Below, one piece after another: positions 18,615 to 27,949 of a DNA stretch of 64,000 nt. Every line of letters begins with the position of its first letter. Within the stretch, counting starts at the first letter, position 1. Under the pieces are notes generated by a model that saw only the letters and a list, made by a program, of their open reading frames with translations, made no database searches and had not been told where the DNA came from. Source of the stretch: an uncultured archaeon (GTDB lineage Archaea > Thermoproteota > Nitrososphaeria > Nitrososphaerales > Gagatemarchaeaceae); assembly GCA_963817525.1 (NCBI GenBank), contig CAWFOU010000001.1, forward strand, positions 1,088,001-1,152,000, read 5' to 3'. The translations under genes and the position numbers were made by a program.

Positions 18615-19835
18615 ATGGAAGACCAAGAAGTCACGCTCGAGGAGATCGAGAGGGCGGCCGCCGTGCTAAAGGGAGTGATCCGGGTGACGCCCCTCGACCG
18701 CTCCAGGACCCTCAGCGAGGAGACGGGGATCGACCTCTACCTCAAGATGGAGAACTTTCAGAGGGCGGGCTCCTTCAAGATGCGCGGCGCCTACTACAAG
18801 ATACACTCGCTCTCGGACTCGGAGAGGAAGAGGGGGGTCGTCGCCGCCTCCGCGGGCAACCACGCCCAGGGCGTGGCCAACGCCGCGACCCTCCTGGGGG
18901 TCAAGTCTACCATCGTGATGCCAGAGAGCGCCTCGCCCGCCAAGATAGACGCGACCAAGGGCTACGGCGCGCGGGTGGTCCTGCACGGGGCGAACTTCGA
19001 GGAGGCCCTGGAGATGGCGCGCGAGATAGGCCGGAAGGAGGACGCGACCCTCATCCACGCCTTCGACGACCCGTTGGTCGTCGCGGGGCAGGGGACCGCC
19101 GGGCTCGAGATGATGGAGGCGGCTCCCGAGCTCCAGACCGTCGTGGTCCCGATAGGAGGGGGCGGTCTCATCTCCGGGGTCGCCGTCGCGTGCAAGAGCA
19201 TCAAGCCCTCGATCAAGGTGGTCGGTGTCCAGTCGGAGGCGTTCCCCAGCATGTACATGGCGTTCAAGACCGCGAAGATGGTGCCCTACAAGACCCAGGA
19301 GACGATCGCCGACGGCATCGCCGTGAAGCAGCCGGGCAAGCTCACCTACAAGCTGATTCGGAAGTTTGTGGACGACGTGGTCCTCGTGAGCGACGCCGAC
19401 ATCGCGAGCGCGATCTTCTTCATGCTCGAGAGGATGAAGGTGGTCGCGGAGCCCGCGGGGGCCGCTAGCGTCGCGGCCTGCATGGCGGGGCTCGTAAAGG
19501 CGCGGGGGGAGAAGTGCGCCACGGTGGTCAGCGGCGGCAACATCGACATGTACCTCCTCGACCAGATAGTCACGAAGGTCCTGGAGAAGCAGCACAGGCT
19601 GCTCAGGATCAGGATCCTGATCTCCGACAAGCCCGGCGCCCTCAAGGACATTATCGAGGTGATCGCCCAGTCGAGGGCCCACGTCATCAGCATCGAGCAC
19701 GACAGGGTGGGAGAAGGCGTCCCGATCGGCAGGGCGGAGGTCATCTTCGACCTGGAGACCCAGAACGCACAGCACACCAAGAACCTCATCTCGGCGCTGG
19801 GCAAGTCCAGGGTGAAGTACAGGGTCGAGAGCTGA
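18615..19835 (+). CDS. ilvA: Threonine ammonia-lyase with C-terminal ACT domain
   Basis: KMENFQRAGSFKMRG, SAGNHAQG, PIGGGGL, SGGNID, DKPGAL. Confidence 0.93.
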   Translation: MEDQEVTLEEIERAAAVLKGVIRVTPLDRSRTLSEETGIDLYLKMENFQRAGSFKMRGAYYKIHSLSDSERKRGVVAASAGNHAQGVANAATLLGVKSTIVMPESASPAKIDATKGYGARVVLHGANFEEALEMAREIGRKEDATLIHAFDDPLVVAGQGTAGLEMMEAAPELQTVVVPIGGGGLISGVAVACKSIKPSIKVVGVQSEAFPSMYMAFKTAKMVPYKTQETIADGIAVKQPGKLTYKLIRKFVDDVVLVSDADIASAIFFMLERMKVVAEPAGAASVAACMAGLVKARGEKCATVVSGGNIDMYLLDQIVTKVLEKQHRLLRIRILISDKPGALKDIIEVIAQSRAHVISIEHDRVGEGVPIGRAEVIFDLETQNAQHTKNLISALGKSRVKYRVES

Positions 19836-19838
19836 GCC

Positions 19839-20960
19839 TCAGTCGCCCCGGCCGTGAAGGGCCTTTATCTCCAGGAGCGCCCCGGATATCACCTTGATCG
19901 ACCCGAGGTAGTCCGGGATGTCGACGAACTCCATGTCGGTGTGCCCCAGGTTGGAGTCGGCGGGGCCGTAGGTGAGGCAGGGGAGCCCCATCCTCTCTGC
20001 GAGGGTGTTCATGTCCCCCGTCCCGGTCTTGTTGGTGAGCACGGGGCGGGTGTTGAGGGTCTTCAGGATGGAGCGCTGGAACGCCCTCACCACGACGGAG
20101 TCGAGCGGCGCCGAGTAGGGCTCGGTGAAGCCGTCGAACTCGACCTTCGCGTCGATCCCCCCCTTCATCCGGGCGTAGCCGTCCACGATCGCGGTAAGGT
20201 CTTCCTGCACCCTCGACGAGCTGGTCCCCGGGGGGATGCGGACGTCGAAGGTCATCTGGCACTTCTTCGGGACGACGTTCGAGTAGGCGCCGCCCCTGAT
20301 CATCGTCAGGGAGGCGCTCAGCGACCGAAAGTGGTTCCCCTCCACCGTGTACTTCCTCTCGTATTCCTTGATCAGCGACATTATGGCGAGGGACTCGTCG
20401 ACCGCGCTGGGGTGGGCCCAAGAGGAGGAGGCGTGGCCTCCGTGCGTCCCCACGGTTATCTTGGCGGCGGTCCTCCCTCGGTATCCCACGGTGATCCTCG
20501 CTGCTCCCGCGGGCTCGCCGAAGACGGCGTAGTCGTAGTCTCCCCCTGAGTCGATGAGGGTCTCCACGCCCAGGCTGTCACCCTCCTCCCTCGTCACGCA
20601 CGCCATCGTCACCTTCATGCCTTCGGGAGGCGCGCTGGCCGCTGACATCATGGCGCACATGGGGGACTTGGCGTCGGCCGCGCCCCTTCCGTAGACCCGC
20701 CCCCCTTCCACCCTGACCTTGAGGAACCCCGGGACCGTGTCCATGTGGCCGCAGAGGAGGACGTGTGGGTGGCCGCTCCCGACATCCCCTATCGCGTTGC
20801 CCGCCTTGTCCGTCCTCACGTTGTTGAACCCCATCCGGCGCATCCGGTCTCTGAGCAGCTTGGAGAGCCTCTCCTCCTTGGTGGAGACGGAGTAAGTCCT
20901 GATGGCCTCCAGGAGGAGGTCTACCGCAGGGTCGTTCTTGCTCTTCATGCGCTCAGCCAA
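19839..20960 (-). CDS. lysK: [LysW]-lysine/ornithine hydrolase
   Basis: GHMDTV, GRGAADAK, EE, GEP, GTGDMN; located in lys cluster. Confidence 0.9.
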   Translation of the reverse strand: MAERMKSKNDPAVDLLLEAIRTYSVSTKEERLSKLLRDRMRRMGFNNVRTDKAGNAIGDVGSGHPHVLLCGHMDTVPGFLKVRVEGGRVYGRGAADAKSPMCAMMSAASAPPEGMKVTMACVTREEGDSLGVETLIDSGGDYDYAVFGEPAGAARITVGYRGRTAAKITVGTHGGHASSSWAHPSAVDESLAIMSLIKEYERKYTVEGNHFRSLSASLTMIRGGAYSNVVPKKCQMTFDVRIPPGTSSSRVQEDLTAIVDGYARMKGGIDAKVEFDGFTEPYSAPLDSVVVRAFQRSILKTLNTRPVLTNKTGTGDMNTLAERMGLPCLTYGPADSNLGHTDMEFVDIPDYLGSIKVISGALLEIKALHGRGD

Positions 20961-20979
20961 GCTTCGTGGGTCAGCGCTA

Positions 20980-21834
20980 TCATCGCTTGTCGAGGGACGC
21001 GAGGTAGTCGACGGCGAGTCCTGGGATGTCGATGCCCGTGGCTGGGACCGAGTTCTTGAACTCCGTGGTGTTGTTGACCTCGTGGCAGACCAGGCCGTCC
21101 TTGGACTCCATGAGGTCTACCCCCACGAACCTTCCCCCCACTGCCTTCGCCGCCTTCACGGAGATGTCGTCGATCTCTTTGGTGACCTTGCAGGGCTCTG
21201 CCTTCCCCCCTCTCGCCGTGTTCGTCCGCCAGTCGCCGGCGGAGGTGCGGTAGATGGCGGCTATCGTGCTGTCCCCGATCACGTACGTCCTGATGTCCCG
21301 AGGAGGCCGCTTGACGTACTCCTGGAGATAGTAGACCTGGTAGCTGGGGTGCATGTACTCCCTGTCCTCGATGATTGCCCTGGCGAAGTCCTCGTCCTTG
21401 AGGAGGGCGGCGAGCCGGCCCCAGCTCCCCACCGCCGGCTTTAGGACGGCAGGGTAGCCGAGTTTGGCCAGGGCGCGCATCACCCCCTCCTCCGTGAACG
21501 CGAGGCGGGTCTCCGGCGTGGGTATCCCGGCCTTCTTCAGCGCGAGGGTGCAGAGGACCTTGTCGCTGGAGTTCCAGGCCGTGCTCAGCGAGTTGACCAC
21601 GGTGTGCCCGGCGGCCTCGAGCGCGGCCGTGGAGTAGAGGTTCCGGTAGTGGGAGACGCACCTCTGGAGGACGACCCTCTCGGCGATCCTCGGGTTGGCG
21701 CCGCCGCCGGTGAGCCCTATCTCGGTCTCCTTGAGGTCGACCATGGCCACCTTGACCCCCTTCTTCTCGGCGGCCTGTGCGAGGGCCTTCTCCTCCCACC
21801 TGATCACGTCGTATAGCAGAGCGAACGAGGGCGT
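20980..21834 (-). CDS. lysX: LysX-family ATP-grasp ligase (aminoadipate-LysW type); probable ACG start
   Basis: LLYDVIRWEEKAL, GSWGR, WRTNTARG, EVNNTTEF. Confidence 0.9.
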   Translation of the reverse strand, partial: TPSFALLYDVIRWEEKALAQAAEKKGVKVAMVDLKETEIGLTGGGANPRIAERVVLQRCVSHYRNLYSTAALEAAGHTVVNSLSTAWNSSDKVLCTLALKKAGIPTPETRLAFTEEGVMRALAKLGYPAVLKPAVGSWGRLAALLKDEDFARAIIEDREYMHPSYQVYYLQEYVKRPPRDIRTYVIGDSTIAAIYRTSAGDWRTNTARGGKAEPCKVTKEIDDISVKAAKAVGGRFVGVDLMESKDGLVCHEVNNTTEFKNSVPATGIDIPGLAVDYLASLDKR

Positions 21835-21838
21835 GCCT

Positions 21839-22012
21839 CTACTCGCCCCAGTCCTCTTGCTCTTTCTCTGCTGGCTTTAGTGTGATGAGCCCGGAGGCCA
21901 CGTCTTTCCTGACCTCGTAGGACGCGCCGCAGTCCTTGCAGCTCACGATCTCGCCTTGTATCGCGTCGCCGGGAATCGTCAGCGGGGCTTCGCATTCGTC
22001 GCAGTTCGTCAG
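21839..22012 (-). CDS. lysW: Amino-group carrier protein LysW (CTG start)
   Basis: CDEC...CKDC, C-terminal EDWGE; GAGGTGA SD just upstream of CTG. Confidence 0.93.
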   Translation of the reverse strand: MTNCDECEAPLTIPGDAIQGEIVSCKDCGASYEVRKDVASGLITLKPAEKEQEDWGE

Positions 22013-22174
22013 TGGCTCACCTCGATTCCTTTGACCCGTCGACGGCCGATTATATTTAACGGTAACGACGGCGCATGACATCATTATATCGGAGCTTGAC
22101 CCCTGTGGGAATAGGCGAAAAGTTGGACTGGAAGGAGCTTGTGGGTAGAACGTTGAGACGAAACTGGTGATATT

Positions 22175-22873
22175 ATGGCAACAGCAAAAGCAACACTAGA
22201 AAGGAAAAGAAATGAATTAGGATTTCATGAAATTGGAAAGGCCCATGGAATACCAATATACATGCTAAATGAGAAAGCAAATGCGTCGCAGTCGGCGAAG
22301 CGCATGGTAGGGCTTAGATTGGCGCTGCCTACTTTCCAGTTAATGCTTTCTGCATTTGGCTCAGAAAGTTCACTCAAAGATAAATTCAATGACAGTGGGA
22401 AAAGCGACTACTCTTTTTGGATGACGGGCACCGGTAAGGACACAAATCATCTGATAGACGAATCCCAAGAGTCAGAAATCACACCTGCTCAGGAAGCAGA
22501 GGCCATGAAGCTCGCTGACTCAGGCATGAACTACCAGGAGATAGCCAAGAAGTTAGGCGTCACTGCTTTGAGCGTATATTACGCACTGAAGAAAAAGGGG
22601 AAAACCAAAGCAAAAAAGCCGATCAAGCCAAGAAGCTCGGCTCTTTGCACGTTTGACAAGAAAGGAGATCTTAACGTAGGCAAGGGAGCCTCCTTGGAAA
22701 GTACAGTCCGTGTTTCCAGAGGCTCGGACGACATGCCTCTTCTCTTCTTCGTTCTCCGTGACAGCTACTCCAGGATTGGCGGTGCGCGTTTCGTCATTGC
22801 CGCATGCAATGGCAGACAGTTTACTCCTGTTACTGCCGCTAGAGTGGTGGTAGGAGTTCCGCAAGAAGCGTGA
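22175..22873 (+). CDS. AT-rich hypothetical protein with central HTH
   Basis: MNYQEIAKKLGVTALSVYYAL; codon usage unlike host. Confidence 0.65.
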   Translation: MATAKATLERKRNELGFHEIGKAHGIPIYMLNEKANASQSAKRMVGLRLALPTFQLMLSAFGSESSLKDKFNDSGKSDYSFWMTGTGKDTNHLIDESQESEITPAQEAEAMKLADSGMNYQEIAKKLGVTALSVYYALKKKGKTKAKKPIKPRSSALCTFDKKGDLNVGKGASLESTVRVSRGSDDMPLLFFVLRDSYSRIGGARFVIAACNGRQFTPVTAARVVVGVPQEA

Positions 22874-23010
22874 GCCTGGATACATGGCAGATAGCGGCCA
22901 TTCTGGGAAGGGTTTAGTCTGTGCCCCGTTGATGCCCAAACTGTCTGTAACAGCGTCTTTTGTTAAGCTAAATCAGCGATATCGCGCGAGACAACGCGGT
23001 TCGGGGAGTC

Positions 23011-23331
23011 TCAGGAGAATCTGACGAACCAGAGGGCGAGCATCAAGACTATCGATATGCCGAACATCTTGAACAGCCCGCCCGCGAGCCTGGTCCTTTG
23101 AGTGGAGACGAGCAAGGCAGCCCCGACCAGGGCGACGCCGATGGCGAAGACGTCCTGCGAAGAACCCATCTGTCGAAGGATGCGACCGCAGACGCCCAGG
23201 GTGGCCGTGCCGCTACAGCTGCGGAGCGGCTGGAGGAACCAGTCTCCCAAGAATATGATGCCGGATATCCCGGCCGCCACGGCTCCGGCCCCACCGAGGC
23301 AGTAGCTTATCGCGAGGCGAATGTCGAGCAA
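23011..23331 (-). CDS. Small 3-TM membrane protein
   Basis: Three hydrophobic segments. Confidence 0.55.
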   Translation of the reverse strand: MLDIRLAISYCLGGAGAVAAGISGIIFLGDWFLQPLRSCSGTATLGVCGRILRQMGSSQDVFAIGVALVGAALLVSTQRTRLAGGLFKMFGISIVLMLALWFVRFS

Positions 23332-23388
23332 GGCCTGAAGGATGGCGGCGGCCCTTGCATTTATGGGATGCCTTGAGCCGCCCGAGGC

Positions 23389-23805
23389 TCAACGAATGGT
23401 CCGCAGGATTATCGTCGTCTCGGTCTTGAGGACGCCCTCGAGACGCCTAATCTCCTCGACGGACTTGTTGACCTCCGAGATGCTGGTCCCCTTAATGATG
23501 GCGGCGATGTCGAAGGGGCCGGTGGTCTCGTAGATGGTCTCGACCCCCTTCACGGACTTTAGCTTCCTGCTCACGTCGGCGGTCGGGGCGGCCGGGCTGA
23601 CCGAGACGTAGGTGACGGCGCTCGTGGCCGTCTGCGGCTCGTCGACGTCGATGGTGAACCTCCTGATCGTGCGAGCTTTGACCAGGTTGGCGACCCTCCT
23701 CCTCACGGCCGCTTCAGAGAGCCCGACCTTGGCCGCTATCTCGACGAAGGGGAGCCTGGAGTCTTCGCGCAGGATCGTGAGGATCTGCTCGTCAGTCTTG
23801 TCCAT
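23389..23805 (-). CDS. lysM: Lrp/AsnC regulator (LysM-like)
   Basis: MDKTDEQIL...SEAAVRRRV HTH, TGPFDI RAM domain; located in lys/arg operon. Confidence 0.85.
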   Translation of the reverse strand: MDKTDEQILTILREDSRLPFVEIAAKVGLSEAAVRRRVANLVKARTIRRFTIDVDEPQTATSAVTYVSVSPAAPTADVSRKLKSVKGVETIYETTGPFDIAAIIKGTSISEVNKSVEEIRRLEGVLKTETTIILRTIR

Positions 23806-25027
23806 CTTTCCCGCCGCCCCCGGCGCCCGCCCTTCGTGCCTCCTCAGCGCCGACCGCGTCGCCCAGAAGCTTGACGGCCTTCTTGATCTGAGCCTCGGTG
23901 ATGACCAGCGGCGGGAGCATCCGGATGATCGTCCGGCCCGAGTACGTGAAGATCACGCCGCGCGCCATCGAGTCGTTGAGGACGTCGGGCATGTCCACCC
24001 GCATCTCGTAGGCGAGCATCAGGCCCATGCCCCTCGACTCCCTGGTGAGCTTGTGCTCGGCCCCCATCTTCTTGAGCAGGTCTAGGTAGAGCCTCCCCTT
24101 CCTCTTGGCCTGTCCGGGGAGGTCGTTCTTCACGATGTGGTTGAGCGTCGCGGTGCCCGCCGCACAGGCGAGCGGGTTCCCCCCGAAGGTGCTGGTCGCC
24201 TCGCCCTTCTTCAGCGAGTCGAGTATCTCCGCGCTGGTAACGGTGGCGCCTATCGGCACCCCGCCTCCGAGCCCCTTGGCCAACGTCATCACGTCGGGGA
24301 CTACGCCCCAGTTCTCCATCGCCCAGAGCTTGCCCGTCCGGCCTAGGCCGGTCTGGATCTCGTCCGCGATGAGCAGCACCCCCTTCTTGTCGCAGATCTC
24401 GCGCACACCCTTGAAGAAGCCTTCCGGCGGGAGCATTATCCCTCCCTCGCCCTGGATCGGCTCGAGTATCACGGCGCCGACGTCGGAGTCCACCTCCCTC
24501 TCCACGGCGGCGAGGTCGCCAAGCTCTACGTGCTTCACCCCCTCGAGGAGCGGCTCGAAGGGCTCCTTGTACTTCCTGCTCCACGTGGCCGAGAGCGCAC
24601 CCGCCGTCTTGCCGTGGTACGCGCCCTTCATCGCGACTAGGCCCTTCTTCCCGGTCACCTTCCTGGCGAGCTTGAGCGCGACTTCGACGGCCTCCGCGCC
24701 GCTATTGGAGAGGAAGGCCGCGTCAAGCCCCTTTGGCGAGTAGTTGGTGAGCGTCTCGAGGAACTCTGCCCTCGCGTCGTTGTAGAGCGAGCCGTGGCAT
24801 ATTATTAGCTTCCCGGCCTGCCGCTTTATCGCGGCGACCACCGCCGTGTTCGAGTGGCCGACGATGGCCACCCCGTATCCGCCCATGCTGTCGATGTACT
24901 CCTTCCCCTTGTCGTCCCACACCAGCGCCCCCTTCCCCCTGACTATGGCGATTGGGAACTTCTGGTAGGTGTGAGGGCCGTGGGCGTCCTCCGTCGCGAT
25001 TATGTCGAGCTTCTTCTTTGTTGCCAA
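23792..25027 (-). CDS. lysJ: [LysW]-semialdehyde aminotransferase
   Basis: NSGAEAVE, EPIQGEGG, DEIQTGLGRTG, AKGLGGG, TFGGNP. Confidence 0.92.
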   Translation of the reverse strand: MATKKKLDIIATEDAHGPHTYQKFPIAIVRGKGALVWDDKGKEYIDSMGGYGVAIVGHSNTAVVAAIKRQAGKLIICHGSLYNDARAEFLETLTNYSPKGLDAAFLSNSGAEAVEVALKLARKVTGKKGLVAMKGAYHGKTAGALSATWSRKYKEPFEPLLEGVKHVELGDLAAVEREVDSDVGAVILEPIQGEGGIMLPPEGFFKGVREICDKKGVLLIADEIQTGLGRTGKLWAMENWGVVPDVMTLAKGLGGGVPIGATVTSAEILDSLKKGEATSTFGGNPLACAAGTATLNHIVKNDLPGQAKRKGRLYLDLLKKMGAEHKLTRESRGMGLMLAYEMRVDMPDVLNDSMARGVIFTYSGRTIIRMLPPLVITEAQIKKAVKLLGDAVGAEEARRAGAGGGGKDGQD

Positions 25028-25036
25028 TTTCGACCA

Positions 25037-25846
25037 CTATGCGTTTGACATGACCGTGCACCCGTTGTGCATGAGGGCGTTGGTCAGGGGCTCTGGACCG
25101 AACCCCGAGGCGATTATCGCCTCCCCCACGCCGGCCTCGACGGCCTCGACGCCCGCGAGTATCTTCTTCTGCATCCCGAAGCCCGTCTTGGGCAGGAGCC
25201 CGCGCGCCTCCTCGGTGGTGAGCCTCTCGACGACCTTCCCGTCCATCAGGAAGCCCTTGACATCGGTGAGGAAGATGACCGAGTTGGCGTGGATCCCCAT
25301 GGCCATGAACGCGGCCGCCCTGTCGGAGTCCACGTTGAGCGGCTCGGCCTCCTCCCCCATCGCGACTGGGGAGACTACCGGGACTACCCCCAGCTCCAGG
25401 AGCGCGTCAATCACGGGGCCGCCCGCCGACTGCATCTTGCCCGTGTAGCCCCCCTCTATGGCCACCTTCCTCCCTCGTTCGTCGACTATGAGCAGCTTCT
25501 TCTTCCGCGTGGCACGGAGGACCCCCCCGTCGAGCCCGGAGAGCGAGACCGCGGTTATCCCTCCACGCTCAAGGAGCTCCACGAGCTTCTTCGCGATCAT
25601 GCCGCACATCACCATTGTGAATATCTCGACCGTCGCCCTGTCCGTGTACCTGCTCTTCATCCCGTCCGGGGAGACGACGAAGCGCTGCTCCTTGCCCAGC
25701 TTCGTGGCCACCTCGGTCACTACGTCCCCTCCCCCGTGGACGAGGATTACCTGGTTTGTCTGGACCAGCTTCTTCAGGTCGGCCATGAAGTCGGGCGGTA
25801 TCTCTCCCTTGACGATGTCGCCCCCCAGCTTCACTACTGTCCTCAT
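25037..25846 (-). CDS. lysZ: [LysW]-aminoadipate/glutamate kinase
   Basis: VVKLGG, VHGGG, SRYTD, LNVDSD, GMQKK. Confidence 0.92.
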   Translation of the reverse strand: MRTVVKLGGDIVKGEIPPDFMADLKKLVQTNQVILVHGGGDVVTEVATKLGKEQRFVVSPDGMKSRYTDRATVEIFTMVMCGMIAKKLVELLERGGITAVSLSGLDGGVLRATRKKKLLIVDERGRKVAIEGGYTGKMQSAGGPVIDALLELGVVPVVSPVAMGEEAEPLNVDSDRAAAFMAMGIHANSVIFLTDVKGFLMDGKVVERLTTEEARGLLPKTGFGMQKKILAGVEAVEAGVGEAIIASGFGPEPLTNALMHNGCTVMSNA

Positions 25847-25850
25847 CGGC

Positions 25851-26912
25851 CTACACCGGGTGGAGCGGGGCCGCCGCTATCCCCTGCTTCTCATCCAGCC
25901 CTAGCATCAGGTTCATCACCTGGACCGCGTTCCCCGCAGCTCCTTTCAGGAGGTTGTCGATGGCCCCGAGCGCCACTATCCTGTGGCCCCTCTCGTCTAT
26001 CTCGAAGCCCACGTCGCAGAAGTTCGACCCTATGACGACCTTGGGGTCGGGGAGGCGGTACGGCCCTCCCTTGTCCTTGACCATGCGGATGAAAGGCTGG
26101 CCGTTGTAGAGCGAGCGATACATCTTCCACACGGTCGAGTTCTGGACGTCGCCCTCGTAGAAGACGTGGCAGGTGGAGAGTATCCCCCGGACCATGTTGA
26201 TGGCGTGCGCTGACATCGAGACTGTCACCTTCGCCCCCGAGAGCCCGCTCATGACCTGCTCTATCTCCCCGCTGTGCCTGTGCCCCACCGGCTTGTAGGG
26301 CCTGACGACGCCGTACCTCTCCGAGAAGTGGGTCGCGAGCGAGGGCTTGCCTCCCGACCCCGACGAGGCTATCTTGGCGTCGACCACCACGTGGTCGATG
26401 TCGATCTTCACCTCCCGCTGCTTGAAGAGGGGTGCTAGCGCTAGGATCGAGGTGATGGCCATGCACCCTGGGGAGGACGTGAGGCTGGCCCCCTTGATCT
26501 CCTCTTTGTTGATCTCCGGGACGGCGTAGACGAACTTCTCCAGCATCTCTGGGGCCGGGTGCTTGAAGCCGTACCAGGTCTCATAGTCCGTGGGGTTCTT
26601 GAGGCGAAAGTCCGCGCTCAGGTCGACCACCTTCACCCCGGTCTTGATGAGGTCGGGAAGGAACTTCATCGCCTCCCCGTGCGGGAGTGCGGTGAAGATC
26701 AGGTCTGCCCCTCCCTGGACCTTAGAGAGGTCGTTGCCCACGAACTGCATGTCCGTGACGCCCCTCAGGTTCGGGTGGACCCGGAAGAGGTACTCGCCAG
26801 CGTATCTCCGGGAGCTCGCGAATGCGAGCTCGACCCCCCCGTGGCCTAGGAGGAGCCGGAGGAGCTCCCCGCCCGCGTATCCAGAGGCCCCCAGCACGCC
26901 TACCCTGACCAC
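25851..26912 (-). CDS. lysY: [LysW]-phosphate reductase
   Basis: GASGYAG, DLSADFR, PGC, HRH, DNLLKGAAG. Confidence 0.92.
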   Translation of the reverse strand: MVRVGVLGASGYAGGELLRLLLGHGGVELAFASSRRYAGEYLFRVHPNLRGVTDMQFVGNDLSKVQGGADLIFTALPHGEAMKFLPDLIKTGVKVVDLSADFRLKNPTDYETWYGFKHPAPEMLEKFVYAVPEINKEEIKGASLTSSPGCMAITSILALAPLFKQREVKIDIDHVVVDAKIASSGSGGKPSLATHFSERYGVVRPYKPVGHRHSGEIEQVMSGLSGAKVTVSMSAHAINMVRGILSTCHVFYEGDVQNSTVWKMYRSLYNGQPFIRMVKDKGGPYRLPDPKVVIGSNFCDVGFEIDERGHRIVALGAIDNLLKGAAGNAVQVMNLMLGLDEKQGIAAAPLHPV

Positions 26913-27769
26913 TAGTGCTTCGCCTCCCGTATCACATAGTCCACTATCTTTCTGGCGATCCTGTCCTCCGTGGACGCCTGCGCCCCCTTGAACTCGACGG
27001 TGTTGTTGACCTCGTGGATGGTGTAGCCGTGGTCCTTAGTCTCCATCGCGTCGACCCCCAGTATGCCCCCTCCGACCGCCTTCGCGGCCTTGAGGGTGAT
27101 GTCCTCGATCTCCTTGTTCAGCTTGAACGCCGTCGTGGTCCCGCCCCTGGCCACGTTGGTCCGCCACTCCCCCTTGGGGGCGTTCCGATATACTGAGGCG
27201 ATGACCTCGTCCCCGGCCACGATCAGCCTGATGTCTCGTGGAGGCCTCTTGACGAACTCCTGGATGTAGTACATGTGCTCGACTGGGCTCTGCATGGACT
27301 CCCGGTACTCCACTATCGTCCCCAGGGTCTGGGGCTCCTTGGCGATGTCCACCATCCGCCCCCAGCTCCCCGTGAACGGCTTGATCACCACGGGGTAGCC
27401 CACCTTCTCGGCGGTCTCGAAGACGGACTCGGCGTCTAGCGCGACGTAGGTCTTCGGGGTAGGGACTCCCGCCTTGGCCAACAGCATGGAAGTGACCAGC
27501 TTGTTGCCGCAAGCCTCCGAGACCTTCGTGGAGTTAATCACGTGGATCCCGAAGTTCTCGAGTATCCGGGCGAGGAATATTGACCGGTAGTAGCTTATGC
27601 AGCGCTGGAGCACTACGTCGCCGAAGCCGTTGTTGATCTTCTTGCCGGTGACGTTGAATGAGAGCTTTCTCACGTCGATGAGCTCAGACTTGCATCCGGC
27701 CTTCAAGGCCTCCTTCTGCAGCTCCTTCTCCTCGAGGCGCAGCCTGTCGAAGGTTATGGCGAGCTTCAA
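26912..27769 (-). CDS. Second LysX-family ligase (probably glutamate-LysW, ArgX-type)
   Basis: FDRLRLEEK, GSWGR, WRTNVARG; lies after argH and the second lysW. Confidence 0.85.
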   Translation of the reverse strand: MKLAITFDRLRLEEKELQKEALKAGCKSELIDVRKLSFNVTGKKINNGFGDVVLQRCISYYRSIFLARILENFGIHVINSTKVSEACGNKLVTSMLLAKAGVPTPKTYVALDAESVFETAEKVGYPVVIKPFTGSWGRMVDIAKEPQTLGTIVEYRESMQSPVEHMYYIQEFVKRPPRDIRLIVAGDEVIASVYRNAPKGEWRTNVARGGTTTAFKLNKEIEDITLKAAKAVGGGILGVDAMETKDHGYTIHEVNNTVEFKGAQASTEDRIARKIVDYVIREAKH

Positions 27770-27775
27770 TGGAAT

Positions 27776-27949
27776 CTACTCGCCCCAGTCTTCCTCGGCG
27801 ACCTCTGCAGGTTTGAGCTTGACGACGCCCTTGGATATCGACTCCACTTCGTAGTCTGATCCGCACTCCTTGCACTTCACTATCTCTCCTACTATTGCGT
27901 CGTCTGGGACGTTGATGTCCGCATCGCACTCTTCGCACTTTGTCTTCAG
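27776..27949 (-). CDS. lysW: Second LysW paralog (CTG start), absent from ORF track
   Basis: MKTKCEECDADINVPDDAIVGEIVKCKECGSDYEV...EEDWGE; GAGGTGA SD upstream. Confidence 0.93.
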   Translation of the reverse strand: MKTKCEECDADINVPDDAIVGEIVKCKECGSDYEVESISKGVVKLKPAEVAEEDWGE

